DNA of 52,869 bases from Catajapyx aquilonaris (lineage: Eukaryota). The notes beneath the pieces were generated by a model. The model searched no databases and was not told the DNA's origin. It saw nothing but the letters and a program-made list of their open reading frames with translations. The stretch spans positions 1-52,869 of the forward strand of contig JYFJ02002671.1 of assembly GCA_000934665.2 (NCBI GenBank), read 5' to 3'. Positions 36,993 through 48,900 of the stretch are shown piece by piece. The position numbers and the translations under genes are program-made. Positions within the stretch are counted from its first letter, which is position 1, and each line of letters starts with the position of its first letter.

Positions 36993-39900
36993 ATGTCACA
37001 GGAAGTGTGGATAAAGAAGGAAGAGGCGGAGGAAGATGAGGAGGAGGACATCACAGTGGATGAGGAGAGTTGGAGGCTGCGGGTGAAGGAGGAGACCCCT
37101 TCTTGCATCGATGATGGCTCCACACTCATGGAAGACACTCTCCGTGAGATCAAGAAGGAGGAAGAAGGGGAGGAAGAAATGGTGGTGGACAAGCCTAGGG
37201 TGGTTGAAGAGGAAGACGACCCTTTGGGTGTTAGTTCAGGAAGGATTAGTGGGGTATGTTATTCCGACATCTGCAAACCCTGCGCACTCTGCATTGACTT
37301 ACTATGTACCGGTAATTCACTTTTCAGCCAATGCAAGAGGAAAGTGACCAAGACAGAAACCAGAAGAATGAGATCACCAGACTTCCTGATAGAAGCAAGC
37401 GATTTGATTGCCAAGTGTGCCAGAAATCACTTGGTGCCAAAGGTGCTTTGAAACTTCACATGAGAATTCACTCTGAAGAGAAACCATACAGTAAGGAGAC
37501 ACTTATCTTATTCATATTAATGTGTGTAGTGAAAGTAGTGATGATTTTGGTGGCTGCAATGCATTGTTGGACGAACGTTGTTTACAATTTTGTCCCGGTT
37601 GGTCTTTCATCAAGGTTGCCAGAGCCTCATGTCGCTGAGTCACTTTCAGCAGGGTCACTTCGCGAAGTAGTCGGTAAAGAGTAGCACTGCAGCTAGTGAT
37701 AAGTTACAAGGGTTTTCGTCACTCCAGGTTGCCAAAGTCAATTTGCATGGGTAGGGTAGACTCCATAGTTTCACATTTTGTAGATAATGATGAGTCTGTA
37801 TAGATAGCACGAGTAGAAGGGGGTGGCCCACAACTGTGTGGATCAAAACCATCACTTTACAGTAATGGGCATACCCTGCCCATACCTGTATTTCGATGTC
37901 AATTTTAAAAATAGCTTTTTGAAATGCTTCTTGGAATGGAATTGTTGTAAGCGTAATGCAGGTATGCAACTATGCAACTTTTGATGGTACTCGACAGTTA
38001 TGGGCCACTGTGCCCATGGCTATAAATACCAGGGTGCTCATATAACTGTATTATTTATTCATTGTTCTGTTCAGAGATGCCGAAACGCAAGCCAAAATGT
38101 GTCGCCTCTAAGACCGCATTGCATGATGCCCTGGAAGAATTTGCAAATTCTGAGAAACCATCGTCACTACGAGCTCTGGCTAGAAAATATGGTGTCCCCC
38201 GTGCCACATTGCAGAGGAAGATAAAGGATCCAGATGTCCGAGACAGCTGCTCTGGTCCTCCACCAATTTTGACAGCAGAGGAAGAAAACCAGTTAAAAAG
38301 GTTAGCTGCTGTGTAGTAGTAAATTTCAAATGCAGGACCTTCTTTTTCTATTGCACAGGATTCTTTATGGAACCTGCTCATGACCTCATCTTTTAAAAGA
38401 ACTGTTGGCCTAACCCTGTCCTGCATGGGTTTACAATTTTGGGAAGAAAAAAAAATGAAGGACTTTTGCTCATGATGTAAGGATGTCATTTTTCACAATT
38501 TTGTTGTCAGTGACCCAATGACCTTGGAGGTATTAACTAATTAATTATTTAATTAATTAAATAAATAAAATAATTCTGACATCATAATTATGATTTTACA
38601 CATAGTTAGAAGAACACATGACACACCTGGACATGATATTTTGCCTTTACACATACATAATATGAAAACCATTGGAAGAGAGAGTGAAAGATTGGTGCAA
38701 ATGACTCGTTGACTTTTTCCGCCATTGTTTTTTAATTCACTTTAACATTCCCATTAAAGAAATTGCTTATATCCACTTTATATCGGAAAATCATCGGTAT
38801 TTCAAAGGAGACAGATATTCGCACCCCGGCAATAACAGGGGCACAAGTCCAAAAATGACGCTTTGGACTTATTACTAGAGCAGGGTCCATGACCGTGTGC
38901 ACATTCAGCAAGAAAAGGGGGTACACCTCGAAATGCAAAATTCCACCACTAAATGGGGCATATGTCTCTATTGCATTTCGAATCTGTTCCAGCATCAATA
39001 GGGGCACTTTTAGACTTATGCCCCTTTGAGCTGTGTTGTGTTCCATTCTTTCGACTTGTGCCCCCGGGCCGCTCAGTGCCCTAACAAGCTTGCATCCATG
39101 CGCGACCTGTACAGAAGGGAAGGACCGGAGAGAGGGGAAGTCCCCCAGTTAGCAGGAAGGAGGAATTAGGCACTGCATGCTGTATCTACAGGGTGATTCA
39201 TATAAAACTGACACATTTCTTTCTTTCTTTATTCGGATGGACATGCACATAATGGCCCCTTTTTAGTTTCGAATTAAGCGGGATCCTTGGGGGTTCCTTG
39301 TCAGTAGATTGCGCGGGTGTTCATAAGCGGTGTGATTGCCAGCTGTTTTGTGCCATTTTGTGGCAGTTGCTGTCAAGATGCAGGTTTGGTGCGCAATCTC
39401 CGCACAGAGAATAGTGGGACCAATTTTATTCCACAGGACTGTTAACACCGAAGAGTACCGACGCCTTTTCATGGAGTTTGTTGAGAAACTGGATGACGTC
39501 GAGCTGGGAAAAGGGTCAATGACTTCCATGGATTTGTTCGATTTATGGCATGTGGCACCGTCTTGTTGAAAATATCCTTTACCCAGCTCCCTGTCATCCA
39601 GTTGCTCAACAAACTCTATGAAAATGCATCGGCACTCTTCAGTGTTAACAGTCCTGTGGAATAAAATTGGTCCCACTATTCCCTGTGCGAAGATTGCGCA
39701 CCAAACCTGCATCTTGACAGCAACTGTCACAAAATGGCGAAAAACAGCTGGCAACACCGCAGTTATGAACACCCGCGCAATCTACTGACAAGGAACCATA
39801 TCTCCCAAGGATCCCGCTTAATTCGAAACTAAAAAGGGGCCATTATGTGCATGTCCATCCGAATAAAGAAGGAAAGAAAATAATGTGTCAGTTTTATATG

Positions 39901-42900
39901 AATCACCCTGTAGTAGAAGGCACTGCACAATAATGGTGGACCGTAACAGTAGATCCTTCAAGATCATGAAGCTAGCCCTGATGAATAGACCTAGGACTAC
40001 AACTGAAGGTGGAAGTGTAGGGGAAAGAGAGACAGAAGCTAGCAACAAGTGAGAACAATCATTGTCATAGCGCTTTCATACTCATTAATTTATGGATAAT
40101 GAATGATGATTATTAACAGGGACAACCCGATTTTGGGCACCTCAGCAACTTGTAGTGCGAATGCTATTCCCACAACGTCAGGCAGCATTGCATGTCACGA
40201 CGATGAGGTAAGTTGGTGCATTTTAGTGTAGTGAACCTTCTCGGATCATGTTTCATGATCATTAGCATGATTATGTTGCATTTACGGCAGGACGTCACAG
40301 ATTCCCTAAGTGACATAAGCAACAGTGGCAGTGACAAATCATGGGAGCCACCAAGAAATCAGGAACCCTCAGATGATGAGATGACCTATGCTGAAGTTCC
40401 AGACGTTTCGCATGAAGAGGTGCTGTGTGTGACTTCGGAGGATTCTCCAGGTGAATATTGTCACTGAATATTAGTGAGGGTTATGGGAACATTAATATTC
40501 CTGGATCATAATTACTGAATGCAAATAATCCTACCTGTAGCTCTTACAAGAAAGCGCAAGAGCCACCCACATAAATGGAAGATTGCTGCTGCAAAGAAAA
40601 AGAGGAACCAAGGACATGAATATACTAACATTCACGGAAATATTGTGCAAGGTAGAAACGTCAAGCCAGGCTGTGGTGAAAAGTGCCGTTTGAAATGCAG
40701 TATGCAAGTTACTCCTGGGCAACGTGAAGAGATCCATCGTAAATTTTGGAACCTAGGGGAAATCACAAGGCAACGGGAGTTTGTAAGTAGGAGTATCACA
40801 AAAGCTCAACCCCGCTATCGTTACGCCAAGATTGGCAGTACACGTGCCTTCAATGCACAGTTTCACTTAGAATGCGGGGATGGGAAGGTACGAGTATGCA
40901 AATTATTTTTCAAAACCACTCTGGACATCACCGACAAAATGATCAGAACCACCATGAAAAAGACTGAAGATGGGTTCGTGGCACGCGACATGAGAGGAAA
41001 ACATGGGAACCAGAAGACAGTGCCTCCAATCATTACTGAAGGTATTAGAAAGCACATAGAATCTTTCCCCCGCATCGAGTCCCATTATCTCCGTGAACAA
41101 ACAAGCCGTGAGTACCTCGATGGTTCTCTAAGCATTGCAGAGATGCACAGACTGTATGTGGAGGAATGCAAGAAGAAGGGGGCTCCATACGGCAACATAA
41201 CCAAGTATGAACGAATTTTCAGTGGGGAATACAATATCGGCTTTTTCGAACCAAAAAGGGACCAATGTTCGAATTGTGTATTGTTTCAAAACATGGGAGA
41301 CTCTGCTACAGAAGAACAAAAATTACAACATGAAAAGCATCTGAAAGAGAAAGACGCTTGTAGGAGGGAGAAAGATGAAGACAAAGCAGCTGCAGAAGAG
41401 GGCCGCTGTAAAGTGGCCGTAATGGACCTGCAGGCAGTCCTGCCAACACCTACTGGAAATGCATCCATTCTCTACTACAAGAGAAAATTATCGACCTACA
41501 ATTTCACCATATATGACATGGGAGAATCAAGAGGCTACTGTTACGTCTGGAACGAGACTATCGCCAAAAGCGGGGCAAATGAGATAGGCAGCTGCCTACT
41601 GCATTTCCTAGAGACTTACTGCCAAACAAAGGATGTCATCCTGTATGCGGACAATTGCGCAGGACAGAATAAAAACAAGTTCATCTTGTCCCTCCTCATT
41701 TATGCAGTGAGCAAGCTGGACATTCCGTCCATAACAATTAAATATCTCATTGTTGGACACACACAGAATGAGGGCGACATGATGCACTCTGCAGTTGAGA
41801 AGCAAAAGAGGAGGAGCCTCAAGTCAGGACCTATCTACATCCCTGCCCAATGGATTCCTATCATCCAGTGTGCTAAAAAGACTGGATCCCCCTTCATCGT
41901 CCATGAGCTGGAGACAAGGAATGTCCTTGACCTAAAGGCCTTGTCACAAGCCGTGGGGTCGAACTTCATACGCGATGAAGACGGTGGATCCGTGAGGTGG
42001 ACGGACATAAAAAGCCTGCGGGTAGAAAAGGGCCAGCCTTTCTTGATAAAGTTCAGAACAAGCTATGAGCAGCAGTCTGATAACATTTTGCCCGTGCGGA
42101 AGCGCAGTCGCGGACGCCCTTCACATTTGCCTGATCCTGGTCCAGCCCTTACTTGTCCACCAGCAATTCCAAAGGCAAAGCTTGATGACCTACTGTCTCT
42201 GTGTCATTGCAATGCTATTCCAAGCCAGTACCACTCTTTTTATGAGTTGCTGCGTGTAGATGAAAGTATGGTAAAGGATGATGATGATTATTATTATGTT
42301 TAGCATTTTCGTTTTTGTTAGCATTGTTCACAGTGTGGTTACGTATGTAGAATTCAAGTCTTGAAAATAATAACCTGGAAAACAATGATGCTTATGGTGA
42401 TTTTATTTGCATTATAATTGGCATAATTATGCCTCCTTTCCTATGCTCTCATCGTGTCATTTCCTCACAGGTTATCAGCAGCAAAAGGGGCACATTCCAA
42501 AGTGTTATACAACAATGCCAATAAATCCTCTAAACAATCAAGTTACACAAGAGAGTCGAAATGAATATGAATAACAATGACAGGCGTCCCCAGTGCCGAA
42601 GGTTATTCGAATGCTGCATCAATACCTGATTTATGATAACACAATACAACTTTCAAAGTGCTCTCCTGTGAAATTGACTTTTTGGACTTGTGCCCCTGTT
42701 ATTGCCGGGGTGCGATGTATAGGCCTACTTCAAAAATGTAAATTCATGAGGAACCCCATGTAATCTTTTACTACTTCAACGCAAGCTGTACATGTGCTTA
42801 CGTAATTATAATTTACAGCTGGATAAATACTCTCGCTCGAAAAGGATTTCCCAGAAAAAAGGAAGACATACAGTGCAGCGCCCAGGAATTTCTGAACCGA

Positions 42901-44264
42901 AACCCCAGGAAAAATCCATTCAAAGACAACAAACCTGGAGAGGGATGGTACAGGGTTAGTGTGTTTTAATCTGAAATGACATTGCAAATGTAATACTTCA
43001 TGAGCGTACAGTTATTTAATCGTTTCAGGCTTTTATGAGGCGACACCCAGATCTGTCTGTAAGAGTTCCTGAAGCAGTTACATCAGAAAGTGCTGGAGTC
43101 ATCGAAGCCGATATTAGGAAATGGTTTGCTGAAATTCATGCATACCTTGTGAGCGGGGAAGTTGAGGATACGAAGATACTGGAGGATCCAACAAGAGTTT
43201 TCAATGGAGATGAAACCACCTTCCAGCTGTGCCCTGTCACCAGCAAGGTGGTTGTTCCTCGTGGTTTGCAGAATGTATGTGACGTTCAGAAGGGCTTAAC
43301 CAAAGATACAGTCACAGTCATGTTCGCGTTTTCAGCCAGTGGATTAAGGTGTCCTCCTATGGTGGTCTACCCTTACAAGAGAATTCCTCACAAGATTGCA
43401 TGCCAAGTCCCAGGCAGTTGGGGGGTTGGACGTAGTGACAATGGATGGATGACCGCAGAAGTCTTCCGGGAATATATTGCTAATGTTTTCCACCCTTTTC
43501 TCATTCAAAACGGTATTAGGTTACCAGTTATATTGTTTGTTGATGGTCATAAGAGTCACCTGACTTATCAGCTTAGCCAATTGTGCAATGAGTTGCAAAT
43601 AGTGTTGATATCGCTTTATCCCAATGCAACAGGCATTCTGCAACCAGCAGATGTGGCAGCATTTAAACCTGTTAAGGTAGGATGGGAAAAGATTTCAAGG
43701 GATTGGAAAGAGCAACATCAGCACGAGATTCTCGACAAGGGGAATATGATACAAGTTCTTAAAAGGGTCTTTGATGAATATGTGAATGAAAATACACTCA
43801 CCCATGGGTTCAGAGCTTGTGGCTTACACCCGTGGAATCCTGATGCTATCGATTACTCAGAGTGTTTGGGAAAATGCAATGAGCCTGCCAACACTAGACA
43901 TGACGAAGAGGGTGAAAAGATCATGAAGTATCGTGAATTCTGTGCCATTGTTGGAGAAGAAAAAATTAAGGAATTTGAAGGCATTCAAAATATTCTTGCC
44001 GAAAAAGCAGGACAGGATTTCTGTGCTCTTTTCCGCCTGTGGGAAGCATACCAGACGCACAATCCACAAAACCAGCCAGATAGGCCTACAACAACAGTCA
44101 CTACTTCACTGACGTCTGCTGACCATACTGCAGGCGGTCCATCTCGTAAAGTAAATGCTCAGAGTGAGTGTGAAACCAGATCTGCGCATGAACATGCATT
44201 CGAAACTATGTGCATTGATACAGTGACACCAAAAGAGAATGAGTCTCATGGGGGTAGGTCATGA
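36993..44264 (+). CDS. Chimeric zinc-finger / pogo-family transposase (psq-HTH, CENP-B-type HTH, DDE_1), predicted 673 aa
   Basis: Exons 36993-37253, 37328-37490, 38075-38300, 42819-42954, 43029-44264. All introns are GT-AG with matching phases 0/1/2/0 and there are no internal stops (2022 nt). Domains: acidic exon, one C2H2 finger (CQVCQK...HMRIH), SLRALARKYGVPRATLQRK, WINTLARKGFP...PGEGWYRAFMRRHP, FNGDET / FVDGH / QPAD (DD35D). Confidence 0.72.
39189..39910. mobile_element. Tc1/mariner-derived foldback element, TA TSD
   Basis: TA|CAGGGTGATTCATATAAAACTGACACATT ... AATGTGTCAGTTTTATATGAATCACCCTG|TA. The ~325-bp inverted arms carry transposase fragments VWCAIS...IVGP.LF; YFQQDGATCH lies in the loop. 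Confidence 0.9.
39933..42303 (+). CDS. Sola-like DDD transposase, predicted 708 aa
   Basis: Exons 39933-40048, 40120-40207, 40291-40450, 40541-42303 (phases 2/0/1, all consistent). Motifs DLQAVLPTP, YYKRKL, GANEIGSCL, YADNCAGQNKN, GHTQNEGDMMHS. Confidence 0.82.
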
Positions 44265-44356
44265 TCCGAAGTAGCCTAGTAATGTACAAGGAGAAGGAAC
44301 AGAAGAAATGTCAAGAAAGGGAAGAGAAAGAGGTCCGGAAAAGAAAGAGGTTGGCC

Positions 44357-45960
44357 ATAGGAAATATTTTCTTAACATACACACAGAATTTATTGTTTCC
44401 TTGTTTGTAATGATCTCCACTGATGAGTACATGGGAGACAGATTAGAAATATGCAATGCAGATGTTATGTTGCCCATAGTGTATGTAGCTCTGTTCTTCC
44501 CATTTGGAATAGCAAATATCCATATAAGAATATCCCAATATATTCTGCTATTTTTTCAATGGTAACTAACCACAAGATGCGAAAGTAATATATATCTTAC
44601 CCATGGGCTTCTCTCAGTGCTGCAACTAAGCCTAAGAGACTGTGAGAGTCACAATTAATTGTAATGACATATTGAGGTAATTACTCGATTCAGAATTCAC
44701 TTGTAGTTTGATAAAGTTATTTGTTTTATTATACAGTGAAAATGTTCGAAGAGCTGGTTACACTTGTTAAGGGAAAATCAAATTTAATGGCCCATTAACT
44801 ATTGGCACCCCACACAGAAGACTAATATTGCAAGTTGATAATGAAAACATGTGGCAAACATTTTGTACTTTCATATATTTTGAAATTGTCACTTTTATTT
44901 CTTTGAAACATCCAAAACCCTAAGAGGTTGATGCATTTTTGTAAAAAAAAAAAAAAAAAAAGAGTACCGTATGTGCTAATTTGGTCCATGTATTTGTCCG
45001 ATAAAATACCTCGATGTCAAAATGTTCCTCTGCTGTCTCATTTACTGTCATTCCAGGCAAATAGAATCATTCACATCAGCTTTATTTTGCGCGATGAACT
45101 GAATGATGGATAGAGAGCTATTAGCGAATAGCAGCATCGCCAGTAGCGGCGACTGGTTAAGCAAGAATAGCGCTTAATCTCGTCCTTCTCTGTGGATGGC
45201 GGTGGGAATGCACCCCAACAAAAAAAATGGAAAGGGGAAATTCCAAGATGGCCGACGACAATAGTCTCTCGTGAAGACTGGAGAGCTTTCCAGGGAATGG
45301 CACCGATCTCATTCCCTGGATTTGGGTCAGTCGCCTGGAGAATCACCCTTCAACCAGGTACAATACGTACATTTGAGACGAATTTCCCCCCTCGCTGCAA
45401 TTGTCCTTCTTTGCCCATTTTGTCTTCTCTTTGTTTCCTTATTTTTATTCCCTTTTTTACGACCTTCCCCACAACCCCTTCAAAGCAGGGGTTGCGAACA
45501 AGGTAAACATTTTGTCCATAGACGAGTCATACTGTACCATTCGTTATGAGTGGTACCCTTATTAGCTCTTGGTGGTAGGCCTACTGTTCATCTGCAGCTG
45601 GCATGGTTGGGTTGCTGGTTCACGTGATGATTACCTGACCTGCAGTTTTATTTGCAGGATAATGTCACTGGCAGTGAGGATAAAGAAGGAGGAAGTGAAG
45701 GAGGAAGAAGATGAGGACATCACAGTGGACGAGGAGACTTGGAGGCTGCGGTTGAAGGAGGAGACCCCTTCTTGCTTTGATGATGGCTCTGCGCTCATAG
45801 AAGACACTCTCCTTGAGATCAAGAAGGAGGAAATGGAGGAGGAGGAGGAAGAGATGGTGGTGGACACATCTGAGGTGGTCGATGATGAAGATGACCCTTT
45901 GGAAGTTGGTTCTGGAACAATCAGTGGGGTATGTGATATGCTGCAAATACAAAGTAATTT
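44357..45960. repeat. Duplicated ZF-gene unit (3' flank, promoter, exon 1)
   Basis: Aligns with ~50467-52290, apart from a replaced block at ~50598-51030; similarity continues past the MITE (46311-46375 vs ~52290-52355). Confidence 0.85.
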
Positions 45961-48900
45961 ATAGTACAGTGCTGGACAAATTAGCCGTCACTGAATGTTT
46001 TATTTCCGTCGGCGACGGCGCTGCGTTACCTGGCAACCCTGTCCGACGGGCCAATTCAAACATCAGCCCATGGAGAGCACTTCCATTGTTGCCACTGTTT
46101 ACAAATTGAGTGAGTGAGTGAGCAGGCAGAAGAGACCCGTCGCTGGGTCGTCCGCGTCACTCACTCGATTTGTAAACAGGGGCAACAATGGAAGCTCTCT
46201 CCATGGGCTGATGTTTGAATTGGCCCTCCGGACAGGGTTGCCAGGTAACGCCGCCGCTGCAGCCGCCGGAAAAAAAACATTCAGGGACGGCTAATATGTC
46301 CAGCACTGTATGGTCATGATCAGATTATATTTCATAAACCGTGTACTCTACTTTCGTGAATGTGGATGTCTGAATAGGTTTTCTCTGCAGATTTTTTTTT
46401 GGTGTCATTGGGTATGCTCTTGGGATGTGATGGACATAATATATTGTATTGAAGGTATTTTCCATACTTTTCTTTAGGGTGGAAGGGTTGCCCAGGTGTG
46501 TTGGCCCTGTCCTAATAATGCATGAAATCCTGTCCTTATATCCATGTTCTACTTGCCCTGGGCCTGACCCCCTTGAACTTATACATACTCCAACAAGCTG
46601 CCCTTCAGATGATAATACAGGGTGTTGCTTACTACAGGATGGACAGAAAGTTTCAGACCCCATCAGGTTTATGAACTCTACATTTCACAGCCTATATTCA
46701 GTTATTCACATCTTTAAAATGTCCACAATAATAATGGGGAACTGGCCTTGGTCTGGGATTTGGGATTTTTGTTAATAACTAGCTAGCCCATGCCTGTAAA
46801 CATACATTCCATCACTCTGTTGCATCAAAATGACATTACTGGATAAATGACGGCATATTTAAAAGTGCCTTCAAAATTGGCGGGAAAAACGGGGCAGCCG
46901 GGTGGTGCCAATCGAAAGGGTACACTGAAATGCCTGGTTGACTGCGAGATATGAGGAATTTGACTTTGAATTAACCGCGGACACGACGGAAAGCATTCGC
47001 AAGGCGGCTGTAGGCCATCGAGGTGGAGAAAGGGGGCCTTTATGTGCCTAATTCGGGAGACAGATAATTCCGAGCTGCTGGCATCACTGCCACGCACGAA
47101 GCGGTTTGAGCGGCTTAGAGTAAAAACTCGCCCGTTACCTGGCAACTAAGTAAACACTTGGACTGCTAAAATGTCCAGCCGTGTCCAGCTCAGTACAACC
47201 CAAAGAGTTCTGCTATTAATATAATAATATAATATAGCAGAACTTTTTAGTACAACCACGGTACAACGAACAAATTTACGACCCTGCCGGGCGCGTTCTA
47301 TAACATCATTTTTGCGTTCATTTCACTTCGCGTGACGTCAACATTTTTGAGGGAAACAGTGACGTCACCATTTCCCTTCGAAGAAACCCGAATTACTCCG
47401 GGACTGAAACTGATATCTTAAAACGGAATATGCCAAAAAAATCCAAAAAAATATGGGCGAATTTATTATGTAGTTTCCAAAATGAAGGCTAGTTCCCAAT
47501 TCTGATGTACGTACACTGTCTTTTTAAGCATAATCTTGACAACATACGACTCGTATTAACACCTTCACTCCACAATATATTCCATTTATAACTTCCACCT
47601 ATGTGAGTCATCATGCATCCTATCTGTTGTGCGTTTATTTTGCTTGTTGCCTTGGAGGACCCTTGTCATATTCTCTTGCAGATAAGGTTTTTATGACCCT
47701 TTTTCATGGGTTCCCCTCCATTCAAATGTTGTGAATTCACTCCAGACGTTATTTTTCGCATTGGCCTATAACCTAGTCCAATAAAAATAGATAAAGGAAT
47801 GCATTAAAGGGACACTCCACTCGAAATACAAGTTGGCCCCCAAAAATCGGGGAAAAAATCCTGTTCCAACAACACCAATTACTGAATTTTTCCGATGAAC
47901 GATGACCCCAGGGGAACCGGCTCATTGCGCGGATTATGGCGATACGGTTGCAACCGTATGCTACTGTTCACGACACCCTCGCCGCCTGTCGGCAGGAATG
48001 GGAAATGGAGCAGGCTCTACAGCAACAAAGTTTGTCACAGACACATCTTTTAGTATTTCCTAATGCACATTTCTTGTGAATCCCAGGACATTCGTTGCAT
48101 TGACGAAAATCACACTCTAAATATGAGGAAAAAAATACAACTTATCAGAGGAGCGCCTAGCTTCAGCAGCGGCATCCGCCATTTTTTCTGCGATTTAAAT
48201 TTCGCGACCCAAGTCAGATATTCGCCAATAGGTGGGTTAGTGGGTACACCTATTGAGGCCAGATTGTAACCATGGGATACCAACAGATTACAGTTCTGTT
48301 GGCTTCACTAGTTGGCGCCAAAAAAAACTTTTCCTGATGTCCAATATATTGGACGCCAGGTCTCAGGAGGGTATGCTAATCAGTTTTCCCTCCTCCCAGC
48401 GGGAGCTAAACATACCCCCTCCCACCTGAAAGTTTTTGACAACATGCGACGTCTGGACTCATAGTAATTTCTCAAAGTACATTGTCTTAGTAGTATTATG
48501 TAACCATTGTAACAATTTTATAGTGACTTTAAAAATTTAAATGAATTCAATTACATGTAAAGTTAATTGCACTTAACATTTTTTCTGGATCACCCTGTAG
48601 ATGAATCTTTTGGCATTTTACATTCAAAAGGACCACCACGAGTTGAAATGATAAATATTGGAGCATATTGTTTTTCATTAATATTACTGCTCCTAGAATT
48701 TTTTTTCATAAAGAGACTAAAACGGCCAAAAAAACTAAGGCATCAAAGGGGTAAGAACGGACTTGGAAAATTGGAAACTAGAGAAATTGTGTGGAAGGAA
48801 ACATGCTTCATAGCTTCAGGTTGTGCAGCATGTGAGCTATGTCGATAGTCCTACACATTCATTGCACCTGTCACTTTAGCTTTCGGAACCCATGAATTGA

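Larger units (their letters stand above)
38820..42714 (+). mobile_element. TIR DNA transposon, probably Sola (Sola1-like)
   Basis: Perfect 36-bp TIRs CGCACCCCGGCAATAACAGGGGCACAAGTCCAAAAA (38820-38855 / 42679-42714), subterminal GGGGCAC repeats and an intact transposase. TSD not clean (TATT vs ATGT). Superfamily call rests on recalled motifs. Confidence 0.85.

Noticed and set aside
38359..38385. Acceptor TTGCACAG at 38358 as the next pogo exon
   Set aside because: Hits TGA within 8 codons and has no HTH similarity; the 42819 exon supplies the expected WI...GFP continuation.
45030..45050. GTCTCATTTACTG as the right TIR of the pogo element
   Set aside because: Short imperfect match to CAGTAAGGAGAC, no TA flank, and also present in the transposase-free paralogous unit (~51376-51389).
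47804..48600. TTAAAGGGACAC (Kolobok-like start) and an orphan ...GATCACCCTGTA mariner-like end
   Set aside because: No matching partner termini found; probably TE debris with undefined boundaries.
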